Source of the DNA: a candidate division FCPU426 bacterium
GTDB taxonomy: Bacteria; Oederibacteriota; Muellerivitia; Muellerivitales; Muellerivitaceae
NCBI GenBank assembly: GCA_963830915.1
Contig: CAWHOE010000035.1
Span: 45,284 to 109,283, forward strand
DNA: 64,000 nt
Direction of reading: 5' to 3'
The translations under genes were made by a program, and so were the position numbers. Positions 38,207-48,238 of this stretch are shown here, piece by piece. A model generated the notes under the pieces. It did no database searches. It was not told the origin of the DNA and worked only from the letters and a program-made list of their open reading frames with translations. The first letter of the stretch is position 1; every line of letters begins with the position of its first letter.

Positions 38207-39001
38207 TTAGGTTCTGTTATTGAACAGAGTTTTGGACAATAACGGTAAGAACTTCCAATACCAAGACGTTAGTAGAACCGCCTTAGATCCAGGATGGGTT
38301 TCCAAATATAGTTTTTGGGCTGATTCCCAAACGATCGAACCAGGGCCATTGTTTTTTAGGTTTACTAGAAACTCCCTCAATAATATAGGTGGCCTTACTT
38401 CCTGCAAATCATCAATCGTCTCATTTTGCAAATCCATACTGGTCGCTAAAAGATCCAAGATCAATGTGAGGTTTCGAACGGCTGAATAGACCCTACTTTC
38501 TTTCAAGGAGCGTCCCACATTCAATTTTAACCCCCGGGAAAGAATAAAACGACCCACTTGAGGAATTCTTACTTCGTAGCTGTGATCCAGGTATTTAACC
38601 TCCACTGAATTCGGGTTTTCCAAAACTAAGGAAACGTTTTTTCCCGGCAAGCAATACAAACCTGAACCCGATGGTTTTTGTTGGGGCCGTATCTGAGGTT
38701 TTATAAAATGGAGAAAACCCAAATCTTCTCGGAAATAACTTGGGATGGGCAATTCATCATCAAAGATATTATGATTCTTTTTTTGGAACCCATGCTTTAA
38801 AAGGTGCAAATGCAAGCGCCGCGAGATTTTACTGCCCCCATCGATCCCAAAGAAAGGCTCTTTTGCCCAGGAATAAGCGAAGTTTTTGTTCAATAGGGAA
38901 AAATGATAAAGTTCCGCTGCTTTCTCTTCGATGAGAACCAGTGAGGATAGAAAATCTTTCAACCACGGAAGCCAGTGCGAGATCGAAGGTGAGGACCGCA
39001 A
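38207..39001 (-). CDS. Hypothetical protein, possibly degenerate nucleotidyltransferase fold
   Basis: 264-codon ORF filling the gap, GAGG before TTG; family assignment weak. Confidence 0.5.
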   Translation of the reverse strand: MRSSPSISHWLPWLKDFLSSLVLIEEKAAELYHFSLLNKNFAYSWAKEPFFGIDGGSKISRRLHLHLLKHGFQKKNHNIFDDELPIPSYFREDLGFLHFIKPQIRPQQKPSGSGLYCLPGKNVSLVLENPNSVEVKYLDHSYEVRIPQVGRFILSRGLKLNVGRSLKESRVYSAVRNLTLILDLLATSMDLQNETIDDLQEVRPPILLREFLVNLKNNGPGSIVWESAQKLYLETHPGSKAVLLTSWYWKFLPLLSKTLFNNRT

Positions 39002-39035
39002 AGATTAACCTCGAATGATCAGGCTTTGTTTCTTG

Positions 39036-39275
39036 TTATTTTGGAATGCCTTTGACTTGAAAACCCTCCCCAACGAGGATCTCCCCAACTCTTTCTCGAA
39101 AATCACCTTGGATTTCGATAGTCGAGCTTTTCACGGTACCGCCGGACCCGCAGGATATTTTTATTTTCCGGGCTAAATCCCCCAAATAATCCGCATCATG
39201 GGTAAAACCATCCAATATCGTGACGACCTTTCCACCACGTCCTTTTTTTTCAATCCTTAATTTTATGATTTCCAA
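39036..39275 (-). CDS. yciH: SUI1/YciH translation initiation factor-like protein
   Basis: [25 protein letters not shown]. Confidence 0.9.
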   Translation of the reverse strand: MEIIKLRIEKKGRGGKVVTILDGFTHDADYLGDLARKIKISCGSGGTVKSSTIEIQGDFRERVGEILVGEGFQVKGIPK

Positions 39276-39284
39276 TATTTTTCC

Positions 39285-39316
39285 AAAAAAAAGTCGCCCT
39301 ATTCAGGGCGACTTTT
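39285..39316 (-). terminator. Intrinsic terminator after tRNA pair
   Basis: AAAAGTCGCCCT-ATTC-AGGGCGACTTTT with U-tract on minus strand. Confidence 0.85.
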
Positions 39317-39321
39317 GTCGT

Positions 39322-39398
<77 letters not shown>

Positions 39399-39439
39399 TC
39401 TATTTGGCGACTTGGTCGCCTTCAAAAAACTATGAAAAT

Positions 39440-39527
39440 TGGTGCCGAGACCCGGAATCGAACCGGGACGGGCTTTAGGCCCGAGGGATTTTAAGTCCCT
39501 TGCGTCTGCCAGTTCCGCCATCTCGGC
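39440..39527 (-). tRNA. tRNA-Leu(TAA)
   Basis: GCCGAGATGGCGGAACTGGCAGACGCAAGGGACTTAAAATCCCT, long variable arm, GGTTCGATTCC, CCA. Confidence 0.97.
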
Positions 39528-39655
39528 TAAAAAGGCTGTAATTCCCAGATGTCGAAAACACCGCCTCACATTGAGCGATCGATCAATAACCAAGGGAAAG
39601 ACAACTAAATCGCTGAAATACAAACCCTGTCGCCGGATGGTTTCAAAGGAAAGGT

Positions 39656-39684
39656 AGGATAACGGTCAAACTGAAGGAAGTCAA
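39656..39684 (-). promoter_or_regulatory. Sigma70 promoter of tRNA-Leu/fMet
   Basis: TTGACT-17 nt-TATCCT. Confidence 0.65.
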
Positions 39685-39706
39685 CACGCATCAATACTGG
39701 TCTAGT

Positions 39707-39994
39707 TCATCTTTCCTTGGTGCTGGAATTAAATTTATAAACTATTTCCCCAGGCCTAATAAGGTTCAAATCTTCTCGCGCCTGTTTTTCTAGATTAACG
39801 GTGCTTTTACCAAAAGTCTGATACTCATTTTGATAACGGCCTATTTCTACTTTTAATTGATCTATATCCCCTGTTAATACTTGTTTCTCCTGGTGTAATT
39901 GATACAAATGCCATAAACCTCGGTTTCCGCCGATTAAAAGATAGGTAATGATACCGAAAGCTATTATCTGCCCCCATCTTTTAGATTGATTCAT
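39707..39994 (-). CDS. ftsB: Septum formation initiator FtsB/DivIC
   Basis: TM, GxxG, coiled coil, LEKQAREDLNLIRPGEIVY; ATG 39994 overlaps upstream stop. Confidence 0.85.
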   Translation of the reverse strand: MNQSKRWGQIIAFGIITYLLIGGNRGLWHLYQLHQEKQVLTGDIDQLKVEIGRYQNEYQTFGKSTVNLEKQAREDLNLIRPGEIVYKFNSSTKER

Positions 39995-40833
39995 TTTTTC
40001 TCCCAAGGCCTGATGATTTCCCGCCACCCTCTTTTTCGCTCCTTAATCAATGATTCTATTATGGTTTGAACCGATTGATCCTTGAAAGTTATTTTATACT
40101 TTAATAGGTTCTTTTCAAGAAGTACGCACTGAATCGAAAAGAAAAATACCATCCCTATCAAAAACCACAGGAATAAAGCAAAGGTGAAGAAGAAAGCAGA
40201 AAAAGCAAACAACACCAAAACCCCTAATGAAGAAAAGCTGTTCCCAACAACTAGCAAGAAGGAACGATAAATGATTTTGAGAAATGGTGGATCTTGAAAA
40301 AACAAAATCGGCCACTGGTACAACGCGGATGACAACCAGAAAAGCAAAGCCCAAAGAATAAAACCGATCAAGGCGATATTAAGATAAGAATGTTGGCTTG
40401 GAAAATGATAATAAAAAAGGATGTTATAAATGCAGACCACTATGAACAAAAACGAAATTGCGGAGAGCCCAACTGCCTTGATGAAATATTTTTTCAACCC
40501 GCGGAATAAATCTCGGGATTCCGCCTCTCCTTCTATGAAAACCCTGAATACCAGATAAGCCCAGCCGATCGATACGATCGACTCCGTTATAAAAACCACA
40601 AAAACACCAAGTACGTTTATGTTTTGGATGGTTCCAAAGAACCCGGCTCGTTTTGCCAGCCATCCAATAAAAAAACAAATCATGAACCAACAGAAATTGA
40701 AAAACACGAGGTGGAAAAGGTGGTCATAAAATCGCCAAAACCAAGACCGAAAAAGCATTGTCCAGGAAAAAAGAGTAAAGTCATCATCAGAAGAGATAGG
40801 ATCGCCTGGTTTTAAAGCGGATGATTCTTTCAA
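39991..40833 (-). CDS. Polytopic membrane protein (DUF624/YesL-like)
   Basis: About six hydrophobic segments; family assignment by resemblance only. Confidence 0.6.
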   Translation of the reverse strand: MKESSALKPGDPISSDDDFTLFSWTMLFRSWFWRFYDHLFHLVFFNFCWFMICFFIGWLAKRAGFFGTIQNINVLGVFVVFITESIVSIGWAYLVFRVFIEGEAESRDLFRGLKKYFIKAVGLSAISFLFIVVCIYNILFYYHFPSQHSYLNIALIGFILWALLFWLSSALYQWPILFFQDPPFLKIIYRSFLLVVGNSFSSLGVLVLFAFSAFFFTFALFLWFLIGMVFFFSIQCVLLEKNLLKYKITFKDQSVQTIIESLIKERKRGWREIIRPWEKK

Positions 40834-40837
40834 AGAC

Positions 40838-41197
40838 TTAAGTTAATTCTTTTTCAAACTTCGGGATGGCTTTTTTCAATTCAAGACGTCCACGGCCCAA
40901 ATTGCCATCGAGATTAATTGCAAGCGTAACGAAATAGTTTTGACCAACCATCATCATGATCATGGTAGCTTTATCGGTTGTTATTAATATTTCACCAGTA
41001 TTTCCCAAGCCAAAATTCGAGGACGCTCTCATGGCATTTTTGATAATGCTGGAATATTCTGCCCCAACTGCATTAATGTCAAAAGAAGCGTTATGGGATA
41101 TCTGATCGATAACGATCCCATCCATTCCCACCAAACCTGCGCCAATAGCGCCTTCGACATTGGAAAGAGTTTCTTCAAGTATTTTTTTAAAATCCAT
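40838..41197 (-). CDS. Roadblock/LC7 domain protein (MglB/MglC-like)
   Basis: VEGAIGAGLVGMDGIVI, GNLGRGRLEL; 119 aa. Confidence 0.88.
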   Translation of the reverse strand: MDFKKILEETLSNVEGAIGAGLVGMDGIVIDQISHNASFDINAVGAEYSSIIKNAMRASSNFGLGNTGEILITTDKATMIMMMVGQNYFVTLAINLDGNLGRGRLELKKAIPKFEKELT

Positions 41198-41235
41198 TGT
41201 TATGAACCCTAGTAATTTTGCTATTCACTTTTTGA

Positions 41236-42528
41236 CTACAATATTTTTTCAACTTTTTTAGTTACAGAATCCAGTGTGAGTCTCAAAAGCCCAAGATTGA
41301 TCCGGCTATTCGCTAAAACAATTAATATATAATCCGTAAAGGTAACAAGTAAAATATGTCCATTATCTGCTGTAATTAATACTTGTTGCAGTTTCCCTTG
41401 TTGTAATTGATTAACCGACCGTTCTGTACTCTCGAAAATAATAACAGCTTGTTTTCCTAGATCAGCATTATTGCCTGTTTCACCAATAGAAACAACGGTA
41501 ATTCCTTCTCTATTAACCAGGAAACACTTGATGATCCCATCCACTGATCCTAGTTCAGCTAAAATCCCTTTTAAGCCGTCTGTTTTTACTCCGTCCATCG
41601 AAGGCTTTTTTGCCTCTATAGCTTTTACTTTCGTGTTGGCTTCGGGAACACTTTTCAGGACGGCCGGCGCTTTTTCATTCTCCTCGACTAAAACATCGTC
41701 TTTCCCGCCCCGACGCATGACTTGGAGGATATCTTCGCTTGTGAATTTAGAGTCATCCTCCTTTTTTTTATTGCCTTTTTGAGAATCGAGTTTCGACTCT
41801 TCGATCAAAACATCTTCTTTATGGTCAGGGGGTTGAGTAAAATCATTCTTTTTTAACTTTGAAACCGTTGGCCCTACGGCTGATTCCTTTTGTTGCTTTT
41901 CAACTGCATCTGACAATTTCTGTCGAAGCATCAAGTTTTGCGGATCATCTGCCAAAAGCTCTTGGAAAACCTCTATGGCTTTGTCGAAATGGCCCTGTTT
42001 TAAATACAGCTCTGCTATCGTCAACGTAGCAGTACTTTCTTTAGTGGTTGTTTTTTCTTCTAAAGGATCCGTGGGTTTTGGGTTATTCTTTTTTAGGTTT
42101 TGTTGTTCCCCGGCGGCTTTTTCAATGGCTTGTTTTAAAGCGCTTTGAGCATCTTCATCATCTGGATTTAAGGTTAAGACTTTCTGGTATTCTTCAATGG
42201 CGACTTGAAATTCTTTCCGTTCCATATAAATTGTTCCCAAAAGACTGTGGGCGGCAATATTCTCCGGATCGATTTCTAATACTTTTTTTAGTTCCGTTAA
42301 AGCGTCTTCAACTCTTCCTTTAGCGTGGAGTATTTTTCCTAATACAACTTGAGCACTTGTATAGGTTGGATGTTTTAGCAATCCGTTTTGACATATCTTT
42401 AAAGCTTCTTCCAAATTACCTTGTTTTCGAAATGCATCCGCAAGAGGTGCAAAAACCAAAGAATCTGGATTTTCCTCGTATTTTTTCTTAAGCTCATTAA
42501 TTTCAGCTATAAACTGATCCTTCGCCAT
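41236..42528 (-). CDS. TPR protein with C-terminal roadblock/LC7 domain
   Basis: N-terminal TPRs (FAPLADAFRKQG...), ATLTIAELYLKQG repeat, charged linker, C-term VDGIIKCFLVNREG...INLGLLRL. Confidence 0.82.
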   Translation of the reverse strand: MAKDQFIAEINELKKKYEENPDSLVFAPLADAFRKQGNLEEALKICQNGLLKHPTYTSAQVVLGKILHAKGRVEDALTELKKVLEIDPENIAAHSLLGTIYMERKEFQVAIEEYQKVLTLNPDDEDAQSALKQAIEKAAGEQQNLKKNNPKPTDPLEEKTTTKESTATLTIAELYLKQGHFDKAIEVFQELLADDPQNLMLRQKLSDAVEKQQKESAVGPTVSKLKKNDFTQPPDHKEDVLIEESKLDSQKGNKKKEDDSKFTSEDILQVMRRGGKDDVLVEENEKAPAVLKSVPEANTKVKAIEAKKPSMDGVKTDGLKGILAELGSVDGIIKCFLVNREGITVVSIGETGNNADLGKQAVIIFESTERSVNQLQQGKLQQVLITADNGHILLVTFTDYILIVLANSRINLGLLRLTLDSVTKKVEKIL

Positions 42529-42608
42529 AGGCTAATTGGATCTCTCTTGCTTCAGCTTGAAGTTGATTTAAAGCTGAAAAAATAAAGGATTTTGGGACAT
42601 TTTCTTGA

Positions 42609-42637
42609 ATCCTAACAAGGCCAATTTTTCTTGTCAA
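42609..42637 (-). promoter_or_regulatory. Sigma70 promoter of TPR-roadblock operon
   Basis: TTGACA-17 nt-TAGGAT with TG extension. Confidence 0.7.
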
Positions 42638-43028
42638 TATAAATTGGACTTTGCTGTTTCTAGCTTTTTATCAAGAAACATCTTACGTAGATAATATATT
42701 AATCAAAACGAGGTAGTATCACTAATAAACTAGCCTTTTTGTTCATTCCCCACTACCGAATAACATGCAGTAATCAGAGTATGAATAGATCCAACACTTA
42801 GTTAATATCCGTTTCCCCAATCCCTTACATTCTTAAATACTCCTTAGTTGTTTAGATTAATATTTTATAGTGATCAGATTATCGAAATAATCAATAATTT
42901 TCTTTTTCTTCTAATATCTTATCAAAGTTTATTTAAAAATTAACAGAAGCTGCTTCTTTACACCTAATAATTTCTTATGCCTAATTTTCAACAAAAATAT
43001 TTTCCCGACAATCCTCTAATCTCACGTC

Positions 43029-43574
43029 TTACGAAATGGGCGTATCAAAGGGACGCGTATTTTTAAATAACTCTGCAATTTCTAAAGCTACCTCAGAAGG
43101 GGTTTTTTCATCGGTTTCTATGGTTGAATGGGATATAGAATAGATGGGATTTCTGGTTTCTAGAAGTGATTTGATTTTTGCCAAAGGGTCTCTAGTACTA
43201 GCCAATAAAGGCCGTTGGGATAAATTTGATTCAACTCTCTTCAAGGCTTGTTTAGCTGACACCTTAAGCCAAACACACCAACCACTGTTCAACAATATCA
43301 TTCTATTACTATCATTTATCCAGACACCGCCACCAGTAGAAATCACCAGATTCTTTTTCCTTTTTATAAACTCAATAGCCCCTTTTTCTTCTTCACGAAA
43401 ATAAACTTCACCCATAGTAGCGAATATTTCTGAGATACTTTTACCGTTTTTAATCTCTATCCATTGATCCATATCAACAAATTCATAATTGAGGATTGTA
43501 GCTAACTCGCGTCCGGTAGATGATTTCCCAGAACCCATAAATCCTAACAAAATTATATTTGAATCGGTTCGCAC
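43029..43574 (-). CDS. aroK: Shikimate kinase
   Basis: GFMGSGKS, GExxFR, STGGG, RPLL. Confidence 0.96.
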   Translation of the reverse strand: MRTDSNIILLGFMGSGKSSTGRELATILNYEFVDMDQWIEIKNGKSISEIFATMGEVYFREEEKGAIEFIKRKKNLVISTGGGVWINDSNRMILLNSGWCVWLKVSAKQALKRVESNLSQRPLLASTRDPLAKIKSLLETRNPIYSISHSTIETDEKTPSEVALEIAELFKNTRPFDTPIS

Positions 43575-43581
43575 AAAAAGT

Positions 43582-44745
43582 CTAATATCCTTTGATGTGT
43601 TTTATATAAAGATTATACCTCTTTAGAATTTCTTCCATAAAGTCTCCCCCTAATTTTTCTAACAAAGAATCTGTAACCACCCAAGAACAAATTGCCTCGC
43701 CAATAACGGAAGCCGCTGGTAATGCACATACGTCCGATCTTTCGTATGCAGCTTTAATTCTTTTCTTAGTACTTATATCGATTGACTTCAATGGTTTCCT
43801 AAGAGTGGAAATAGGTTTTTTAGCGACACGCACGATTACAGGTTCTCCATTTGTAACACCTCCTTCAATGCCTCCCGCTCGATTTGTATCATGATAATAA
43901 CCCTTGGCTTTATTAAAATTAATCTCGTCATGAACTTGCGAACCAAGTTTACCAGCATTTTCGAAACCATTTCCTATTTCCACACCTTTAATAGCTTGTA
44001 AACTCATTAAAGCTTGCGCCAATTTCCCATCAATTTTTCTATCCCACTGAACATGACTGCCTAAACCCGGTGGCACACCCGTAATTATTATCTCAAAAAT
44101 CCCACCTACTGTATCACCCACATCCTTAGCACGATCAATAACAGCAATTGCTTCGATCTCGGCTTTTTTGTCTAACATCCTCACAGGCGAATTGTCAACA
44201 ATTTCATTCAATTTTGCGAGATTTAATTTTTTGTTTTTTGAAATGACTGGGCCTAATTTAATGACGTGACTTTGAACTTTAATATTAAAGTAACTTAACA
44301 TTTTTTTCGCGACTGCGCCGGCTGCTACCCTAACCGTAGTTTCCCTTGCGCTTGCTCTTTCAAGAATGTTTCGTAAGTCACGTTGATTGTACTTGATCCC
44401 CCCGGGCAAGTCGGCATGCCCTGGACGAGGCCTAGTTAGTGGATTCTTTGTTGATACAGAATCCATTTTTGAAGACATTATTTTTTCCCAATTCTTATAA
44501 TCACTATTCTTAACAAGTAACGTAATAGGTGAGCCGAGTGTTGTTCCATGCCTTACTCCAGATAAAATCTCAACTTTATCCGCTTCGATAAGCATTCTTC
44601 CACCACGGCCATATCCTTTTTGTCTGCGTTTTAACTCGAAATCTATTTCCTCTGCATTTATTTCCAAATTAGCTGGAAATCCCTCGAGTATGACTATTAA
44701 TGCCTTGCCGTGAGATTCTCCCGATGTGATGTATCTAATCGCCAT
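43582..44745 (-). CDS. aroC: Chorismate synthase
   Basis: TSGESHG, PRPGHAD, ERASARET, GGIEGG, RSDVC; ATG near 44745. Confidence 0.98.
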   Translation of the reverse strand: MAIRYITSGESHGKALIVILEGFPANLEINAEEIDFELKRRQKGYGRGGRMLIEADKVEILSGVRHGTTLGSPITLLVKNSDYKNWEKIMSSKMDSVSTKNPLTRPRPGHADLPGGIKYNQRDLRNILERASARETTVRVAAGAVAKKMLSYFNIKVQSHVIKLGPVISKNKKLNLAKLNEIVDNSPVRMLDKKAEIEAIAVIDRAKDVGDTVGGIFEIIITGVPPGLGSHVQWDRKIDGKLAQALMSLQAIKGVEIGNGFENAGKLGSQVHDEINFNKAKGYYHDTNRAGGIEGGVTNGEPVIVRVAKKPISTLRKPLKSIDISTKKRIKAAYERSDVCALPAASVIGEAICSWVVTDSLLEKLGGDFMEEILKRYNLYIKHIKGY

Positions 44746-44812
44746 GGTAAGCTCCAAAAAATGATTAAAACAATTCTATTATTTCAACAATAATCACTTA
44801 ATTTATCTGTTT

Positions 44813-44844
44813 AAAAAAATAAGCGCCTTAAAAAGGCGCTTATT
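44813..44844 (-). terminator. Intrinsic terminator after pilQ
   Basis: AATAAGCGCCTT-AAA-AAGGCGCTTATT with U-tract on minus strand. Confidence 0.8.
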
Positions 44845-44869
44845 AATAACAATGTTAAACTTATATTTA

Positions 44870-47251
44870 TTAGTCTTCAATGATTGTAGGCGTTATGAAA
44901 ATAACGAGTTCTACTTTAGTATTTTGTTTATCATGTTCCTGAAAAAGAGTGCCAATTATTGGAATGCTTGATAATAACGGTATTCCATTGATTGTGTCTT
45001 GTAGCAGTTCTCTCATTAAACCCCCGATTACAATCGTTTCGCCATTTTTTGTGGTCAATGTGGTTGTAGCAGTTTCAACAGATGTAGGAGGAGGGCCCGT
45101 TCCTTGAGCTGCTCCAGTCTGAGAAGTAACATTCGCATTTATAATAGTTGTGATTCTTCCATCATCATTAATACGTGGCGTTACTTTCAAATCAATTGGC
45201 AATGCCAAAGTACTATAAGTTGTTTGATTTGTTATTACCCCCCCCGGGGTAATTGTTTGAGTGGAGTTTTGATAAATGATATTTTCTACTACATTAATTT
45301 CTGCGGCAATACCACTCGCCGTAGCTATTCTCGGTCTTGAAACAATTTTTCCCTTCTTATGAGTTTCTAATGCTTGGATTGTCCCAGAAATATTTAAACC
45401 GCTTCGGAGGGTTCCAAAGGTGAAAGCTCCTGGATTATTTCCACTTTGAGGCGGTTGGTTAAGGGACCCATTGATAGTTGGATCGCCTATTGTTCTGCTA
45501 ACGTTCCAATTAACCCCCATATCCAAATCATTCTCTGTATCCAGTTCGAAGATATTGGACTCAATTAGAACTTGAGGTGATTTAACATCCACTTCTTTTA
45601 TTAGCTCAAGCAGAACCCCCATATTACTGGCGACTTCCCAAATAATAAGATTATTTGTCCTTGGATCCGATTGGACCTTTCCAACCGGTGTTAAATAAGG
45701 GGTCATTATTGCAATCATTTGTGCAGGATCTGCATAATTCAATTTAACAATTCGCGTAATTCTATCACTATTCGTACTTTCATCTAGTTTCAAATCTTTA
45801 ATCGTGTTTTTATAATCTTCAATATCAGCAGCAGTTCCATTCAGGATCAATACATTTCGAACAGGATCAACTGTGGATGTGACAGCATTTGTAGCTTTTA
45901 ATATAGATCGAACAAGAGTATCGAATTGAGCCGGAGTCATTCCCCCCGAAGGACTAAGAAGTTCTGTAACATGGGGCATTATTGCTTTTGTTGATCTTAT
46001 AACTGCTTGTGGACCTATGCGGATAGTATTTCCTTGTAATTCATAATCATAGCCTCCAGGAGACAACAAAACCGCCAAAACAGTCTTAAAAGGGACTGAT
46101 TTAAACTTTTCATTTATAGTTCCCGTTAAATTCCCACTTACTAAATCAATATCAAAACCTGCTTCACTCGCCAAAGTTTTAATAACTGCATTTATATCTG
46201 CGCTTTCTATATCCATAGTAACCAATTGATTAATGTTTCCTCTTTTTTCTATTAGCTTTTCTATTCTTTGAGGGGCTGTCAAAGTAACTACTATTTGATT
46301 CAAATCACGATCAATTTGATTAGTGGTTCCAGGTGCTAATGTTAATATAGCCTCGGAAATAGGTGAAAACACCGGCCCTATTTGTCGCATTTCCATTAAT
46401 ATGAGTCCACCTTTTTGCAATTCCATGTCATCATTCTGATATTTTTTAGTTTTTTCATTAATATTTAATTTTGTATCATGAAACCTAATAACTAATTTTT
46501 CAGGTTGAGCCAATTTACGGACAGTATATTTTACAGATCCATCCAAAGTAAAAATTAATTGAACAGCTTTTTCAAGGGGTTTAATCGAAGTATCGATAAG
46601 ACGAGAAATACTTTTTTTGTCACTTAAAGATTTAACGTTATCAGAAGCGTTAGCTAATTCGTTATTATTATTTATCGGTTTCTCTTTTATTGCTGCGTTT
46701 ATATCCTCATTGTGAACATTGAATACAATTGAAAAACCTTCCGCTATTTTTGTAACACTATACCCAGGCGAGTTATTAACATCCAAAACAACCCAAGCTG
46801 TTGTTCCATGTATCGAAGAACGTATGGATTTTACAATTCCACCGTTTCCCGAAATCTGTTTTGGTATTTTCAAATCGGTTTTAATAAATTTTAAAAGCAA
46901 TTTAGACGATCCGGTTTTTTCTACTAATGGTTTAGGTAGATTCAACCCGACAATTTCTACAGAATTATTTTTTTCATCCGCTTTAATGAAAATATTTTCT
47001 ACATATGTTGTTGAATTATTTATTACTGAACCAATTTTCCTCCCTTGATTATTCTCATCTTGACTACCTATGCTAGTCTTTTGGGGAATTATTTGCGTTT
47101 TGTTCAACTGGGGCGTCTTCGAACTCGATTGGGTATTATTTCCCAGATCGATTTCAATTGCGTCCTCAGCAAAAAGATGAACTGGTTTAAATAAAAATAC
47201 TACTGTTAAGAAAAAAATAAGGTTATTTTTCTTGGAATAAAGCCTTTGCAT
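44870..47251 (-). CDS. pilQ: Type IV pilus secretin PilQ with AMIN domains
   Basis: Signal peptide, AMIN-like segments, LNYA, QVLIE, GETIVIGGL, IPLLSSIPIIGTLF, ELVIFITP; ATG 47251 after AAGGAG. Confidence 0.93.
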   Translation of the reverse strand: MQRLYSKKNNLIFFLTVVFLFKPVHLFAEDAIEIDLGNNTQSSSKTPQLNKTQIIPQKTSIGSQDENNQGRKIGSVINNSTTYVENIFIKADEKNNSVEIVGLNLPKPLVEKTGSSKLLLKFIKTDLKIPKQISGNGGIVKSIRSSIHGTTAWVVLDVNNSPGYSVTKIAEGFSIVFNVHNEDINAAIKEKPINNNNELANASDNVKSLSDKKSISRLIDTSIKPLEKAVQLIFTLDGSVKYTVRKLAQPEKLVIRFHDTKLNINEKTKKYQNDDMELQKGGLILMEMRQIGPVFSPISEAILTLAPGTTNQIDRDLNQIVVTLTAPQRIEKLIEKRGNINQLVTMDIESADINAVIKTLASEAGFDIDLVSGNLTGTINEKFKSVPFKTVLAVLLSPGGYDYELQGNTIRIGPQAVIRSTKAIMPHVTELLSPSGGMTPAQFDTLVRSILKATNAVTSTVDPVRNVLILNGTAADIEDYKNTIKDLKLDESTNSDRITRIVKLNYADPAQMIAIMTPYLTPVGKVQSDPRTNNLIIWEVASNMGVLLELIKEVDVKSPQVLIESNIFELDTENDLDMGVNWNVSRTIGDPTINGSLNQPPQSGNNPGAFTFGTLRSGLNISGTIQALETHKKGKIVSRPRIATASGIAAEINVVENIIYQNSTQTITPGGVITNQTTYSTLALPIDLKVTPRINDDGRITTIINANVTSQTGAAQGTGPPPTSVETATTTLTTKNGETIVIGGLMRELLQDTINGIPLLSSIPIIGTLFQEHDKQNTKVELVIFITPTIIED

Positions 47252-47264
47252 CTGTAAAACTCCT

Positions 47265-47693
47265 TTATTGCCTCGGATAAACAACCCGTTGATCACCTTG
47301 GATCAAAACAACTTGCGTATTATTAATGTCACCCACAATCCCATCGATTGCTTTTTCTCCGCCACTAAATAATTTTCTGCCTTTTAATGTATATCTAATT
47401 GTCGGATTACCTTTCCAAGTAAACAAAGCCATTATTTTATCGCCTAATAATATCACGCCATGATAATCCAATTCCGCAATTAATATTTGAGGAGAACGAT
47501 CTATATTGTCTAATGGTTTAAAAGGATCCCTCCCATGATATGTGGGTATATAAGGCGGTTGGATGGAGAAATTCATGAAAACTGGTTCCGGAACATCTTG
47601 TTGTTGTGAAAATACCACTTCTTTGTTTAAAAAAAAGGTCATTATTAAAAAAAGTAAAATCGACAAAAATTCTTTTCTATTAATTTTTTTCAT
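47265..47693 (-). CDS. pilP: PilP-like pilus assembly protein
   Basis: Position between pilO and pilQ; GRDPFKP motif; no lipobox Cys. Confidence 0.7.
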   Translation of the reverse strand: MKKINRKEFLSILLFLIMTFFLNKEVVFSQQQDVPEPVFMNFSIQPPYIPTYHGRDPFKPLDNIDRSPQILIAELDYHGVILLGDKIMALFTWKGNPTIRYTLKGRKLFSGGEKAIDGIVGDINNTQVVLIQGDQRVVYPRQ

Positions 47694-48238
47694 TTTGCTT
47701 GTATCCCACATAATGTCATTTGCGCAGTCAGAGTAACATTCGGATGTGCAACATCAACTAATGGCACGACGGTTATATCTCTCACCGTAATGAATAAGCT
47801 CGAAAGACTCACTTGATACAGAAAATCTAACAACCCTCTAAAATCAGTGTTGAATTTAATTACTGTGGGTATTTCAATCCAAGCATCCTTCGCCACTGTA
47901 ATATTACCAAGTTGAAAATTGGTTAGATAAACTCCAGATTTATTCTGCAATAAATTTATTGTTTCTAACAACTTCGTTCTTTCAATCGATTTTGGTACTC
48001 GATTTTGAATCCATTCCAATTCTCTTTGTACTGAATCCGCCCGTTTTTTGAACTCAACATACTTAGCAACTATTATTTTTGCTTCTTCTAAATCTTTTTG
48101 TTTTTGTTCTAACGTGCTACGCAAATTTCCTATTTCTAAATTAATAGGTTTTAATAAAAATTGGTAATAAAGGAAAGAAATTCCTGAAAATACTGCAACT
48201 CCTAAAATCAAATATTGCTGGAAAGGTGTAATTTTCAT
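47690..48238 (-). CDS. pilO: Type IV pilus assembly protein PilO
   Basis: TM, coiled coil, VP...LL, EIP motif; synteny. Confidence 0.88.
   Translation of the reverse strand: MKITPFQQYLILGVAVFSGISFLYYQFLLKPINLEIGNLRSTLEQKQKDLEEAKIIVAKYVEFKKRADSVQRELEWIQNRVPKSIERTKLLETINLLQNKSGVYLTNFQLGNITVAKDAWIEIPTVIKFNTDFRGLLDFLYQVSLSSLFITVRDITVVPLVDVAHPNVTLTAQMTLCGIQAK

Noticed and set aside
42958..42985. dif site (TTATGCCTAAT as XerD arm)
   Set aside because: Only 8/11 to the XerD arm and no proper XerC arm at 6-bp spacing; expected by chance in AT-rich DNA
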